64,000 nt of DNA from an uncultured Synergistaceae bacterium (GTDB taxonomy: Bacteria; Synergistota; Synergistia; Synergistales; Aminobacteriaceae). Within the stretch, counting starts at the first letter, position 1. Each line of letters opens with the position of its first letter. The stretch spans positions 3,718 to 67,717 of the forward strand of contig CAYTQC010000001.1 of the NCBI GenBank assembly GCA_964439735.1, given 5' to 3'. Below the pieces are notes generated by a model. It searched no databases and had not been told where the DNA came from. It was given only the letters and a program-made list of their open reading frames with translations. Position numbers and translations under genes: made by a program. Below, in pieces: positions 48,843 to 59,626 of this stretch.

Positions 48843-50206
48843 TGTAAAATTCCTCCCGCAAGGAAGGACACTATCCGGTCCAGCCGATTCCCGTGGGAGC
48901 CTTTGACGAGAAGAACGTCCCCTTTCCGCAGTTCACCGGACAGGAATTCTCCCAGCTTCGGTACTTCATTCCAGAGAACAAGGTTTTCGCCGAGGCTGAC
49001 TTTTTTTGAAACTTCCTTCCACATGTTCCCCACAAGCCAAACCTTATCAAACGGAGAGAACAGCGGAAGAATTTTTTTATGGAACTCCAGGCCTTTTTCA
49101 CCCAGTTCAAGCATTTCCCCGACGACTGCAAAACGTCTTCCCGCAGAAATTGAAGACGCAGCGGACAGGGAAGCGGACAGAGATGAGGGGTTGGCGTTAT
49201 ACGAGTCATCTATGAGCGTGATCCCCGGGGAAAGCGTCAGGATTCTTCCCCGACCCTCGAGTGACTGTGCATTCTCGATCGCCGCGATTGCCTTCTCCCG
49301 GGACGCGCCGAGATAAAAACAGACGCCGAGGGCAAAGGCCAGCGCATACGCACTGTGGGCCCCGAAAGTTTGAGCCTGGATAAACGAGCTGCCTCCGGGG
49401 TATTTGAAGTCGAAGGAAAGCCTTGGGTTGTTTGCTTCTACTTGAAATTCAAGACCCTGCACCTGAAAATCGCTCTTCCCGAAGCCCACCGAATAGTTGA
49501 GCATTCCAGATCTTGAAGCTGCGCTTTTTCTTAAAAGAGGATTGTCACCGTTGAAAAAGAAAGCCTTTATCCTTTCCGAATCCGTGATCTCCATTTTCGC
49601 TTCCAGTACTCCCTCAATGGACCCGAAACCCTCAAGGTGCGCAGGTGCAACTTCTGTTACGACCGACAGGGTGGGAGGAAAGAAACTCACCATCTCCCTT
49701 ATTTCGCCGGGGTGGTTAGTGCCCATCTCAAGGACGAGCACCTCAGCGTCCACGGGAAGAGAAAGAACAGTCATCGCGCACCCGATAAGGGTGTTATAAC
49801 TGTGCCCGGCAGAATGCACCCTGAACGACGGGGAAAGACAGCGCACAAGAAACTCTCTCGTCGTCGTTTTCCCTACGCTGCCCGTTATCGCAATTACTTC
49901 CGTTTGAGGCTGCATGGCAAGCCTTTTTTTCGCCATGACCGGGAGAGATTCATAGGTATTTTCCACGCGGATCGAGGCAACTCCCTCAGGTATCCTCGAA
50001 TCGTCCTCGCATATTATGAGCGAGGCGCCGTTTGCAACGGCACTGGAAATAAACTCATGGCCATCAGTGTTTTCTCCCCTGAATGCAACGAAACCGTCTC
50101 CGGGCCTCACCAGGCGGCTGTCCGCGAGAAAGGCTCGGGGTCCCGGCCCATCCGGACCCTTCAATCGTCTGCCTGCAAGTTCCGCGATGAATGATCGTTT
50201 GTTCAT
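48839..50206 (-). CDS. murF: UDP-N-acetylmuramoyl-tripeptide--D-alanyl-D-alanine ligase
   Basis: DSR, TGSVGKTTT, EMGTNH, DDSYNANP, VKGSHG. Confidence 0.94.
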   Translation of the reverse strand: MNKRSFIAELAGRRLKGPDGPGPRAFLADSRLVRPGDGFVAFRGENTDGHEFISSAVANGASLIICEDDSRIPEGVASIRVENTYESLPVMAKKRLAMQPQTEVIAITGSVGKTTTREFLVRCLSPSFRVHSAGHSYNTLIGCAMTVLSLPVDAEVLVLEMGTNHPGEIREMVSFFPPTLSVVTEVAPAHLEGFGSIEGVLEAKMEITDSERIKAFFFNGDNPLLRKSAASRSGMLNYSVGFGKSDFQVQGLEFQVEANNPRLSFDFKYPGGSSFIQAQTFGAHSAYALAFALGVCFYLGASREKAIAAIENAQSLEGRGRILTLSPGITLIDDSYNANPSSLSASLSAASSISAGRRFAVVGEMLELGEKGLEFHKKILPLFSPFDKVWLVGNMWKEVSKKVSLGENLVLWNEVPKLGEFLSGELRKGDVLLVKGSHGNRLDRIVSFLAGGILQ

Positions 50207-51720
50207 TTCCAGGTCAGCCCCTTCTCCGCCGTCCATTCCAGCACAGCCTGTTTATCAGAATACGGGATGAAATCGGAGCCGATATGAAGATACTTCTCAG
50301 GCCCTTTGCCCGTTATTGCCACGACGTCATTCGCTCCGGCCTCATCAAGCGCGGTTCTGATGGCATCTTTTCTCTGGATCACCACCGAAGTATCCGGAGG
50401 ATTTCCCCGGGAATTCACCCCTTCAAGTATCTGCATGGCGATTTTTTCAGGATCTTCGCTTCTGGGGTTGTCCATGGTAACGATTATTCTGTCAGCGAAT
50501 TCCGCGGCAACTGCTCCGAGAGAGAACCTGTTCGCCTCGAACCGTTCCCCTCCATGGCCGAATACGGCAAAAAGCGATCCGCTGCATAATGACCTGAGTT
50601 CCGCCAGAACGTTTTTAAGCGCTGTTGGAGTATGTGCGAAATCAATGATCACGCAGACTCCATTTGAAAGGTAATATTTTTCAAGCCTGCCCGGAACCTG
50701 GGGCATCGTCCGGAGTGCGCCCGTAAGGGCATGTATATCGGTTATAAAGGACTTGAGGAGAGTTATTGCACCGAGGGCATTATACACGTTGAACCGTCCC
50801 GGAAGGGGAAGTGAAACCGGGATTTCTTCCCTGCTTTCCGGAATAGAAACTGAAAACTCTGCTCCTGCCAGAGAATTCCTTATACGTGTCGCCCGGACAC
50901 CGTTTCCATCCCTTTCTCCCGAACCGAAATAGGAAACGTTCCGGGGAAAGAATTCTCCTACCCTTTTCCCGTATGTATCGTCAATGTTCGCCGCGGCGAA
51001 CCATTTCTGCTTCATGTAATCCCTGAAAAGAATCATTTTTGCCGCGAAATAAGCCTCCAGGGTCTTATGATAGTCGAGATGCTCTTCGCTGAGATTTGTA
51101 AAAACCGCACCGTCAAAAGAACAGCCTTCCAGTCTTCCGAAAGAAAGGCCGTGGGACGATGCCTCCAGGACACAGGCACCGCAACCGTTTTCCACCATCC
51201 TGGAAAGGGATTTCTGGATCTCACAGCTTTCCGGGGTAGTCCGCCCTGCATCCCTTTCATTTACACCATCGCTGTAGACGATTGTACCGAAAAGGCCCGT
51301 GCGAATACCTGCCGACTGGAGTATATGCCGTATCATCCACGTGGTGGTGCTTTTCCCGTTTGTTCCAGTTACTGCAAACATGAGCATCTTTGACGACGGA
51401 TCCCCGTAGATGATAGAAGCGAGCCGCCCCATATCGCGACGAACTTCCTGTGAAATGATCTGTGGGACGTTGACGGAAACCTCCCTCTCGGCGAGGAGCA
51501 TTGATGCGCCCCGTTCCACTGCGGAAGGAGCAAATTCGTGGCCGTCCTTCTTCTCCCCGCGTATGCAGCAGAAAACAGAACAGGGGGTAGACTCTCTGCT
51601 GTCCCCTGTGATATCTGAAAGCATAGGGGAAACAGAAGAAGAATTGATGACGGGAAGAGAACGTCCGTACCTTTTTTCATATTCCCCGAGAAGAAAGGAC
51701 AGCGGCACCATTATTCTCAC
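50203..51720 (-). CDS. murE: MurE ligase, meso-DAP type
   Basis: TGTNGKST, TTPE, EASSH, DFAHTP, DNPR (DAP-specificity motif), GKG; start 51720 (GTG) or 51711 (ATG). Confidence 0.94.
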   Translation of the reverse strand: MRIMVPLSFLLGEYEKRYGRSLPVINSSSVSPMLSDITGDSRESTPCSVFCCIRGEKKDGHEFAPSAVERGASMLLAEREVSVNVPQIISQEVRRDMGRLASIIYGDPSSKMLMFAVTGTNGKSTTTWMIRHILQSAGIRTGLFGTIVYSDGVNERDAGRTTPESCEIQKSLSRMVENGCGACVLEASSHGLSFGRLEGCSFDGAVFTNLSEEHLDYHKTLEAYFAAKMILFRDYMKQKWFAAANIDDTYGKRVGEFFPRNVSYFGSGERDGNGVRATRIRNSLAGAEFSVSIPESREEIPVSLPLPGRFNVYNALGAITLLKSFITDIHALTGALRTMPQVPGRLEKYYLSNGVCVIIDFAHTPTALKNVLAELRSLCSGSLFAVFGHGGERFEANRFSLGAVAAEFADRIIVTMDNPRSEDPEKIAMQILEGVNSRGNPPDTSVVIQRKDAIRTALDEAGANDVVAITGKGPEKYLHIGSDFIPYSDKQAVLEWTAEKGLTWK

Positions 51721-53396
51721 CAATCCGCCGCGGCCTTCACAAGCAGGCCGGTCTGATAAATATCCTCAACAATACTGCGGAAAACAGGCGCTGCCACATC
51801 GCCGCCGTAATACTTTCCTTTAGTGGGTTCACCTATCACAACAAGCATAACATACTGGGCATTTTCAGCAGGCCAAAATCCCCCGAAGGAAGAAACCCAT
51901 TTCCCCTTCAGGTATTCGCCTTTTTCAGCTACCTGTGCGGTTCCGGTCTTTGCAGCTATGGAAACATATGGAAGGTCCGCCTGCTTTCCCGTTCCCTTTT
52001 TGACGACATCCACCATGACCCGCCGCAGCCAGGATGCCGTCTGGGGTGACAGGACTTCCCTGACAACCTGTCTTTCCCCCCTGTATATGACCTGGCCTGA
52101 CGAATCAGTCGCCTGTGAAACGATAAACGGCCTGAGAAGGTGACCGTCGTTGGCAATGGCTGCAAGGGCCGACACAAGATGAAGCGGTGTAATTGCGAGT
52201 CCCTGCCCGATTGCTATGTTCGACGGGACGACACCACGCCATTGTTCCGGTGTTGACAGAAGTCCGTCCTCCACACCGTTCAGTTCGACACCTGGATTTT
52301 TTCCGAACCCCCATTCACGGACGCTATAGTACATGTCGAACGGTTTTACACGCATTCCTACCTGCGCCATTCCGGTATTCGAGGATTTAACCAGGATCTC
52401 TGAAACGGAAAGGGTGCCGTAGCTCCTGTTGCTTGCCTCAGAAATATGTCCGTCCGCCACCTTTATCCTGTACGGACATTTGAATGCCTCATTGAGCCGT
52501 ACTGCACCCCGTTCAAGGGCAATCCCGAGGATGACGGGCTTGAAAGTGGATCCCGGCTCATAGGTGCGTCCAATGGAATTATTGGCAATCAGTTTCATAT
52601 TTTTTAGACTTTCTCTCACATTAGGGTCGAAGGAAGGCCAGCTTGCCATGGCCACGATCGCACCGGAGGTGGGGTCAAGGCAGATTATGCTCCCCCACTT
52701 TGCTTTGTGATCCCGTATGCCTTCCTCAAGCCTCTTCTCGATTATGAACTGGATACGGGAGTCCACCGTTAATGTAACGGAACCGGGACCTGCTGTCCGT
52801 TCCTCGTGGGAATAGCGGCTTATATCTATTGTGCGGCCCGAGGACTCTTTTGCCAGCATTTTATATCCCGGGGGAGAAAAGAGGATTTTATCCCAGACCA
52901 TCTCTATTCCCGAAAGACCTTTGTCGTCTATGTCGCAGAACCCCAGAACGTGAGCCAGAAGCGACTTATTCGGGTAAAGGCGCTTTTTTTCGTTGATTTC
53001 ATAAATACCTTTCAGTTTCAGCCCCCGTATTTTTCCTGCAGTAACCTCGTCAGTTTTCCTCGCAAGCCATAAAAATCTCCCCGGAAGGGCGGAAGAGATG
53101 GTTTGAACGATGCTCTCGGGGAGAATGCCTTTTAGAGCCGAAGCATCAGAGGGGTTCCAGAAGGCGGGGTCAAGAAAAAAACTTGAAGTGGGAACTGACA
53201 ATGCAAGTGCGTTTCCCTTGATGTCATAGATAAAACCGCGGTTCGTGCTTACCGGGACACGGCTCCAGTATTGGCGGCTGGACTGTCTTTCCACCCGCGG
53301 ATCAGGCAAGAGCTGCAGGGACGCCACCCTCCAGAAAAGAACGGCGAAAAAAATGTACACAAGAAGCCATGGTGACCCACCAAAACGTTTCAGCAT
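51717..53396 (-). CDS. ftsI: Class B penicillin-binding protein (FtsI/PBP2b type), no PASTA domains
   Basis: RGFIYD, EPGSTFK (SxxK), KSSN (SxN), KTGTAQ. Confidence 0.93.
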   Translation of the reverse strand: MLKRFGGSPWLLVYIFFAVLFWRVASLQLLPDPRVERQSSRQYWSRVPVSTNRGFIYDIKGNALALSVPTSSFFLDPAFWNPSDASALKGILPESIVQTISSALPGRFLWLARKTDEVTAGKIRGLKLKGIYEINEKKRLYPNKSLLAHVLGFCDIDDKGLSGIEMVWDKILFSPPGYKMLAKESSGRTIDISRYSHEERTAGPGSVTLTVDSRIQFIIEKRLEEGIRDHKAKWGSIICLDPTSGAIVAMASWPSFDPNVRESLKNMKLIANNSIGRTYEPGSTFKPVILGIALERGAVRLNEAFKCPYRIKVADGHISEASNRSYGTLSVSEILVKSSNTGMAQVGMRVKPFDMYYSVREWGFGKNPGVELNGVEDGLLSTPEQWRGVVPSNIAIGQGLAITPLHLVSALAAIANDGHLLRPFIVSQATDSSGQVIYRGERQVVREVLSPQTASWLRRVMVDVVKKGTGKQADLPYVSIAAKTGTAQVAEKGEYLKGKWVSSFGGFWPAENAQYVMLVVIGEPTKGKYYGGDVAAPVFRSIVEDIYQTGLLVKAAADW

Positions 53397-53428
53397 CGTC
53401 TTTCCTCCGCGAAGCGGCTACATATAGA

Positions 53429-53848
53429 TCATTCCCCCGCCAGCGCTTTTTCCAGGAAGAAATAGAACCATCCCTCGTTTTCACGGGAGGCAGCCGTATC
53501 ATTTCTATTCCCGGTTTCAGGCAGTTCAGCGAGGAGGGGTTCATCGATCCGGAGCACTTTCACATTGGACGCATACACCATCCCGAGGTCTTTTTTCGAA
53601 TATCCGTAAATCCTCCCGGGAGAAAGAAGCGATGAGAGCCTCTGCTTCAGTTCGACCTGCTGTGCCTGAAACGATTCTATCTGTGAATTGATGCTGTTGA
53701 GTTTGCACTCAAGGCGGAAACTATAAAGACGGAGAACACCAAGTCCCATGAATGAGCCAAAAAGCACAAGGGCGAAAAAAATGATATAAGGACTGATTTC
53801 CCTGGCGAGAGATACATTTTTCCTGAGTGACTGCTTTTCGTTCACCAT
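53429..53848 (-). CDS. ftsL: Probable FtsL
   Basis: TM plus coiled coil plus LSPGRI...LGM; canonical position between rsmH and ftsI. Confidence 0.75.
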   Translation of the reverse strand: MVNEKQSLRKNVSLAREISPYIIFFALVLFGSFMGLGVLRLYSFRLECKLNSINSQIESFQAQQVELKQRLSSLLSPGRIYGYSKKDLGMVYASNVKVLRIDEPLLAELPETGNRNDTAASRENEGWFYFFLEKALAGE

Positions 53849-54762
53849 TTCCCTTCGACCTCCTTTCCTTCCCGGGTTTGGATCATCACTGCGCGAAGCT
53901 TTGCACTTCTCGCCTTGTAATTCTGCTCCACTTCTTCCTCTGAAGGAATGACCGGCCGTCGTGTAAGGATTTTTGCGAGCCCTTCCTTTTGCCTCTCCCG
54001 GAAGCTGTTTTTTACAATGCGGTCTTCAAGAGAGTGGTAACTCACAACCACTATTACAGATCCGCTTCCGCATAATCCGTACGCCTGTTCAAGCCCCTGT
54101 TCAAGGACCGCCAGCTCGTCGTTCACTGCTATCCTCAGAGCCTGAAACACTCTTCGTGCCGGGTGTCCCCCCATTTTTCTCTGCACAGGCGCCGGAAGGG
54201 TTTCCCTGATTACTGAAACCAGAGACCCGGTTGTGGTGATATCTCCGTGTTTCTGCCTGTGGAGGACAATTCCTCGTGCGATCTGGCGCGAAAATCGTTC
54301 TTCACCGTATTTCCAGAAAATAAGCGCGAGTTCTTTTTCCGGATACCTGTTCACTATCGTCGCCGCTGAAACCTCAGAACCGGTATCCATCCTCATATCG
54401 AGCGGCCCGTCGGATTGAAACGAAAAGCCCCGTCTTCCTTCGGAAATCTGAAGATTGGAAACCCCTATGTCGAACAGGATCGCGTCAAAGGGACCAAACT
54501 TCCCTGCTACCTGATCCACATTCCCGAAATTCCCCCGGAGCGGTTGAAATCTATCGCCGAATGGTTCCAGCCTTTTCCCGGCCAGGGAAAGCGCCTCTTC
54601 ATCCTGATCGATACCCCAGACACGGGCTTCAGGGAAAAGATTCAAAACCGCTTCCGAATACCCTCCGAGGCCCAGGGTGCAGTCAAGAATCTTTTCAATT
54701 CCGGGATGCAGCTTCAGGAATCCAAGGACTTCAGGCAGAAGCACGGGTACGTGTTCTGTCAA
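53842..54762 (-). CDS. rsmH: 16S rRNA m4C1402 methyltransferase RsmH (MraW)
   Basis: HVPVLL, DCTLGLGG, DIGVS, PLDMRM, FQALRI, SYHSLEDR, RSAKLR. Confidence 0.97.
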   Translation of the reverse strand: MTEHVPVLLPEVLGFLKLHPGIEKILDCTLGLGGYSEAVLNLFPEARVWGIDQDEEALSLAGKRLEPFGDRFQPLRGNFGNVDQVAGKFGPFDAILFDIGVSNLQISEGRRGFSFQSDGPLDMRMDTGSEVSAATIVNRYPEKELALIFWKYGEERFSRQIARGIVLHRQKHGDITTTGSLVSVIRETLPAPVQRKMGGHPARRVFQALRIAVNDELAVLEQGLEQAYGLCGSGSVIVVVSYHSLEDRIVKNSFRERQKEGLAKILTRRPVIPSEEEVEQNYKARSAKLRAVMIQTREGKEVEGKW

Positions 54763-55184
54763 AATCCTTCAACTCCCTCCGCGATATCGGTAAGTTCCTC
54801 GAGTACCACGGACCTGTACTCGTTCCACTTGTCACGGTCCCACATTTCCACGTGATCGCTGACGCCGACGAATATAACATCCTGCACCAGTTCTCCATGC
54901 TGCCTGAGAACGGCCGGCAGAAGCACCCTGCCGGCGGAATCTACCTGTAGTTCGTGGGCGCTGGAAAGCATCACCCGGAGAAGTCCTCTTGTTTTGCTCT
55001 TTGAAAAGGGAAGGTCCTGCAGTTTTTCCATTACTTTTTCCCACTCGGAAGGGGAATACAGGGAAACACACCTATCTATGCCAATAGTGGAGACAACGCT
55101 GTCGCCAAGCTCTTCCCTGAACTTTGAGGGAAGGACTATCCTGGATTTGGAATCAATTTTGTGTTCGTATGTCCCTACGAGCAC
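54759..55184 (-). CDS. mraZ: Transcriptional regulator MraZ
   Basis: GTYEHKIDSKSRIVLP and DSAGRVLLP (DXXXR repeats); GTG start. Confidence 0.96.
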   Translation of the reverse strand: MLVGTYEHKIDSKSRIVLPSKFREELGDSVVSTIGIDRCVSLYSPSEWEKVMEKLQDLPFSKSKTRGLLRVMLSSAHELQVDSAGRVLLPAVLRQHGELVQDVIFVGVSDHVEMWDRDKWNEYRSVVLEELTDIAEGVEGF

Positions 55185-55194
55185 GGGAATTCCT

Positions 55195-55229
55195 CCCACT
55201 TTCCGACATATTTCCCCACTTAGTCCCAC
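55195..55229 (-). promoter_or_regulatory. MraZ-binding direct repeats
   Basis: GTGGG on the minus strand starting at 55229, 55219 and 55199 (10-bp register, degenerate box at 55209) just upstream of mraZ. Confidence 0.7.
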
Positions 55230-55244
55230 CCTATCACTAACACG

Positions 55245-55307
55245 AAAAAATAAATAGGCCTTCAGACTCTTAATAAAACAGAAATAATGAGTCTGAAGAC
55301 CTATTTA
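55245..55307 (-). terminator. Long inverted repeat and probable terminator downstream of rnpB
   Basis: 19-bp arms (55251-55269 and 55289-55307, one mismatch), 19-nt AT-rich loop, T run on the minus strand. Confidence 0.65.
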
Positions 55308-55314
55308 ATAAAGT

Positions 55315-55642
55315 GAAGCATTCCGTAAGCCGGGTTCTGTCATGGAGTGGCCATTTATCTGAAGACCGCCTTGCGGCGTTCTTTTCGCGGCCGTACCCGG
55401 GGGTCGGCGGGCAACGTCATCCCCCCCTATTCGGCCTTGCTCCGGACGGGGTTTACCTGGCGCGGAAATCACTTTCCGCCCGGTGGGCTCTTACCCCACC
55501 TTTTCACCCTTGCCTCGATGAGGCGGTATATTTCTGTGGCACTTTCCTTTGGTTCGCACCAACTGGGAATTGCCCAGCGTCCTGCCCTTCGGAGCCCGGA
55601 CTTTCCTCTCTTCTCAAAAAGAGCGGCCACCTGGAATACTTC
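55315..55642 (-). ncRNA. rnpB: RNase P RNA (type A)
   Basis: Minus strand GAGGAAAGTCCGGGCT...GGAAAGTGCCACAGAAA...ACAGAACCCGGCTTA; P1 ends GAAGTATTCC/GGAATGCTTC pair. Confidence 0.95.
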
Positions 55643-55648
55643 GATTTA

Positions 55649-55657
55649 ATTATATCA
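55649..55657 (-). promoter_or_regulatory. Extended -10 promoter of rnpB
   Basis: TG-A-TATAAT ending 6 nt before the predicted 5' end. Confidence 0.7.
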
Positions 55658-55704
55658 TTGCAGGACCGGAAAAAAACGCCACAGGAAAGGACAGCATCCC
55701 GGAG

Positions 55705-55737
55705 AAAAAACGAGGAGCCGCTTTTGAACGGCTCCTC
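55705..55737 (-). terminator. Intrinsic terminator of the V-ATPase operon
   Basis: 9-bp stem GAGGAGCCG/CGGCTCCTC then GTTTTTT on the minus strand. Confidence 0.85.
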
Positions 55738-55755
55738 TGCTTCCTGTTGACTGTT

Positions 55756-56379
55756 TCAGTGAGTTCGAACGATCTCCTTGATCTTCATAAGCCGGCTGAG
55801 TGTTGACCTCTCCTGCTCGTCCAGCTTCATTGTTATGTAGCGGATCGTCTCGATAAATCCGGGAATCAGCACATGTTCAAGGGCATTCACGCGCCTGCGG
55901 GTCTTTTCGATCTCCACCGCCATCAGGTTGATGGCTTTCTCTTTTGCAGCCAGCTCAATCAGCTTCGGAATCAGTTTTGCGAAGCGTTCGAGAGCCACAT
56001 CAAGGCTGCCGAGGGAGGTCGCAAGTCCGTAGTTTACCGGCGACCCTCCCTGGTCCACTGTGTAGACCGGAACCATGACGCTCATCACGTTCTGCCGGGC
56101 AACCTTGAGATCACATTTCGCACCCGAAATCATGAGCGCCTGTTCAAGCATCGCAGGCAGTGTCTGCGCCCTTGCCAGGAGGAAGCTTTTATAACATGCG
56201 GCAAGCTCCAGTTCCAGTTCCTCCCGAAGCTCCTTGCCTTCCCGGGCTCGTTCAAGGAACGCCTTGATAAGGGCATCCTGCTTGTCTTTGAGCAACTTGT
56301 GCCCTCTTTTGGCGACCACGAGGCGTTTTTTCAGCCTCGAGAGCTCCATTCTGTTGGGGTTGACATTCATACGGGCCAT
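55756..56379 (-). CDS. atpD: V-type ATP synthase subunit D
   Basis: NPNRMEL...RGHKLLKDKQD; EIEKTRRRVNALE. Confidence 0.96.
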   Translation of the reverse strand: MARMNVNPNRMELSRLKKRLVVAKRGHKLLKDKQDALIKAFLERAREGKELREELELELAACYKSFLLARAQTLPAMLEQALMISGAKCDLKVARQNVMSVMVPVYTVDQGGSPVNYGLATSLGSLDVALERFAKLIPKLIELAAKEKAINLMAVEIEKTRRRVNALEHVLIPGFIETIRYITMKLDEQERSTLSRLMKIKEIVRTH

Positions 56380-56391
56380 GATATGGCTCCT

Positions 56392-57810
56392 TTACACTTT
56401 TCCAGGGACAGCTTCGGCCTTTTCTCCGCTCTGCATGCGAGGCTGGAGATACTTCTCGATATAGGCATCCCTGACCCTTTTCAGTTCCTTTACGGGGATG
56501 ACGGTGAGAAGGTCCCAGCCGAGTTCAAGGGTCTCTTCGTAAGTCCTGTTCTGATATTCACCCTGGCGAACATACCGGTCCTCGAAGATATCGGCAAATT
56601 TGGCGAATGCCTTGTCTTCTTCCGAAAGGGCTCCTTCTCCCAGGATGACCGCCAGTTCCTTCGCCTCCTTGCCCCGCGCATACGCCGCAAAGAGCTGGTT
56701 CATAAGGTCGGCATGGTCTTCCCGGGTCTTTCCCTTTCCTATACCCTTGTCCTTGAGCCTTGAGAGCGAAGGCATGACGTCCACCGGAGGATAGATGCCC
56801 TTTCTGTGGAGCGTCCTGCTGAGGATTATCTGCCCTTCCGTTATGTACCCCGTAAGGTCGGGAATCGGATGGGTCTTATCGTCCTCAGGCATGGTGAGGA
56901 TGGGGATCTGTGTAATAGAACCACTCTTCCCCTTCAGCCGTCCGGCACGCTCATACATTGTCGCAAGGTCGGTGTAAAGATATCCGGGATACCCGCGGCG
57001 TCCGGGAACCTCTTTCCGGGCTGCGGAGATTTCTCGGAGGGCCTCACAGTAGTTCGTAAGGTCTGTGAGGATGACGACCACGTGCATGTTCAGCTCGAAG
57101 GCCAGGTACTCGGCTGCTGTCAGAGCGATCCTGGGAGTTGTGATCCTTTCAATTGCGGGGTCGTCTGCAAGGTTGACGAACATTACTGTTCTCTGGATGG
57201 CCCCCGTCTTTCTGAAGTCCTCCATGAAGAAGGATGCTTCTTCGAAGGTAATGCCCATGGCGGCAAAAACAACGGCAAAATCTTCATGACCGCTGATAAC
57301 CGTTGCCTGCCGGGCGATCTGTGCCGCCATCCTGTTATGGGGAAGTCCGCTCGCGGAGAAAATAGGCAGTTTCTGGCCCCTGACCATTGGATTCATTCCA
57401 TCGATCGTGGAAATACCGGTCTGGATGAACTCAGACGGGAAGTCCCTGGAGAAGGGATTCATAGGCATTCCGTTGATATCCAGCTTCTTCTCCGCAAGAA
57501 TCGGGGCTCCGTCATCAATGGGCTCTCCGCGGCCGTTGAAAACGCGGCCGAGCATATCTCTGCTCACAGGAAGCGTGAGAACTTTTCCAAGGAACAGGAG
57601 CTTCGTGCTCTTGATGTCTATTCCGTCCGTTCCCTCGAAAACCTGGACAAGCGCCCTTTCGGACGTTATCTCGAGGACCCTTCCCCGCCGGTGTTCACCC
57701 GAGGCAAGCTCGATTTCCACCAGTTCGTCGTACTTGACGTTCCGGGTTTTTTCCACCATGAGAAGGGGGCCGGAAAGTTCGCTGATAGTACCATATTCCT
57801 TAGGCAGCAT
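56392..57810 (-). CDS. atpB: V-type ATP synthase subunit B
   Basis: [47 protein letters not shown]. Confidence 0.97.
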   Translation of the reverse strand: MLPKEYGTISELSGPLLMVEKTRNVKYDELVEIELASGEHRRGRVLEITSERALVQVFEGTDGIDIKSTKLLFLGKVLTLPVSRDMLGRVFNGRGEPIDDGAPILAEKKLDINGMPMNPFSRDFPSEFIQTGISTIDGMNPMVRGQKLPIFSASGLPHNRMAAQIARQATVISGHEDFAVVFAAMGITFEEASFFMEDFRKTGAIQRTVMFVNLADDPAIERITTPRIALTAAEYLAFELNMHVVVILTDLTNYCEALREISAARKEVPGRRGYPGYLYTDLATMYERAGRLKGKSGSITQIPILTMPEDDKTHPIPDLTGYITEGQIILSRTLHRKGIYPPVDVMPSLSRLKDKGIGKGKTREDHADLMNQLFAAYARGKEAKELAVILGEGALSEEDKAFAKFADIFEDRYVRQGEYQNRTYEETLELGWDLLTVIPVKELKRVRDAYIEKYLQPRMQSGEKAEAVPGKV

Positions 57811-59593
57811 CACTTTCACCTCCCACAGGGATGACGCCGTTGATCTCCTGCTTCATACGGTCTTCAAGGTCGTCGATCTTCGAAATCTCCTTCTCCTCCA
57901 GGTATCTCATCCTTGCTATTGCCTCCCTGACCGGAAGGTTGAACACCTCGTTCATGGAAGCACCTTTCTTCAATGCTTCCATTCCAAGGTCATGGAATGC
58001 GATGATTGTCTTCAGCATCTTGAACTGCTTTTCCATGGAGGCATAGGTATCCACTTCGTGGAACGCGTTCTGGTGAAGGAAGTCCTCACGGAGCGACTTG
58101 GCCGTTTCCAGGACCATGCGCTCCTCCTTGGAGAGCGCATCGATTCCCACCAGCCGTACGATCTCGCGAAGGGAGTCTTCCTCTTCAAGAAGTGTCATTC
58201 CTTCGATACGAAGTGAACTCCACTCGTCGTCGAACCGTTCATCCCAGTATTCGTCGAGCTTGTCAGTGTAAAGAGAGTAGCTCAGAAGCCAGTTGATGGC
58301 CGGGAAATGGCGCTGGTATGCGAGGTTGGCATCAAGGCCCCAGAACACCTTCGTAACCCGGAGAGTATTCTGGCTTACAGGTTCCGAGAGGTCTCCGCCC
58401 GGAGGCGAAACTGCACCTATGGCTGTTACGGACCCTTCCCGCCCTTCCTTGCCGAGGACTATCGCGCGGCCGGCCCTCTCGTAGAAAGAAGCGAGGCGTG
58501 TTCCCAGGTATGCGGGATATCCCTCTTCACCCGGCATTTCCTCGAGACGTCCTGACATCTCCCGGAGCGCCTCCGCCCAGCGGCTTGTCGAGTCTGCCAT
58601 AAGTGCGACGGAATATCCCATGTCCCGGTAGTACTCAGCCATGGTGATAGCCGTGTAAATGCTCGCCTCACGGGCTGCAACGGGCATATTCGATGTATTG
58701 GCGATAAGGACGGTCCTCTTCATGAGGGGCTGTCCTGAACGGGGGTCTTCAAGCTCGGGGAACTCCAGGAGAACGTCCGTCATCTCATTTCCCCGTTCAC
58801 CGCATCCCACGTAAACCACAATTTCAGCCTCTGCCCACTTGGCGAGCTGGTGCTGTATAACCGTCTTGCCTGATCCGAAGGGACCGGGCACGCAGGCCGT
58901 GCCGCCCATGGCGATGGGGAAGAAAGCGTCAACAACACGCTGGCCGGTCGTAAGGGGAATCACGGGAGGAAGACGCTTCGCCACAGGTCTCGGTTTTCGG
59001 ACAGGCCAGTGCTGAAGCATGGTAACGTTCTTCTTTGCACCGTTCTGTTCAATCACCGCGATCGTTTCTTCTACCTTGAAATCTCCCTCACGGATTTCCG
59101 CGACTTTTCCCGAAACGCCGTAGGGCACCAATATTCTGTGCTCAACGAGAACGGTCTCCTGAACAACTCCAAGGACATCTCCTTCCGCGACGATGTCACC
59201 CTTTTTCACCCGTGGAACGAAGCCCCATTTCTTTTCCCTGTCGATGGCGGGAACGTCGATTCCTCTTGAAATAAAGTGGCTCTGCGCCACTTTCTCGATA
59301 AGGTGAAGAGGCCTCTGAACTCCGTCATAGAACTGCTCCATCAGTCCGGGCCCCAGTTCGACGCTCAGGGGAAGTCCCGTGCTCACCACAGGCTCTCCGG
59401 GCATAAGCCCCGAAGTCTCCTCGTAAGCCTGAATTGAAGCTGTATCTCCTTTTAGTTCGATAATTTCACCAACGAGACCAATTTCACCGATCCGGACCAC
59501 GTCAAACATGCTGGCGCCGTACATTCCTTTCGCCACCACGAGTGGTCCGGAAATCTTTTCTATGGTCCCCTTTATTGCCTTTTCAGTGGCCAC
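57800..59593 (-). CDS. atpA: V-type ATP synthase subunit A
   Basis: [39 protein letters not shown]; no intein. Confidence 0.97.
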   Translation of the reverse strand: MATEKAIKGTIEKISGPLVVAKGMYGASMFDVVRIGEIGLVGEIIELKGDTASIQAYEETSGLMPGEPVVSTGLPLSVELGPGLMEQFYDGVQRPLHLIEKVAQSHFISRGIDVPAIDREKKWGFVPRVKKGDIVAEGDVLGVVQETVLVEHRILVPYGVSGKVAEIREGDFKVEETIAVIEQNGAKKNVTMLQHWPVRKPRPVAKRLPPVIPLTTGQRVVDAFFPIAMGGTACVPGPFGSGKTVIQHQLAKWAEAEIVVYVGCGERGNEMTDVLLEFPELEDPRSGQPLMKRTVLIANTSNMPVAAREASIYTAITMAEYYRDMGYSVALMADSTSRWAEALREMSGRLEEMPGEEGYPAYLGTRLASFYERAGRAIVLGKEGREGSVTAIGAVSPPGGDLSEPVSQNTLRVTKVFWGLDANLAYQRHFPAINWLLSYSLYTDKLDEYWDERFDDEWSSLRIEGMTLLEEEDSLREIVRLVGIDALSKEERMVLETAKSLREDFLHQNAFHEVDTYASMEKQFKMLKTIIAFHDLGMEALKKGASMNEVFNLPVREAIARMRYLEEKEISKIDDLEDRMKQEINGVIPVGGESDAA

Positions 59594-59626
59594 AGTCTAT
59601 CGCCTCCAGACAACCATAATTATGCA

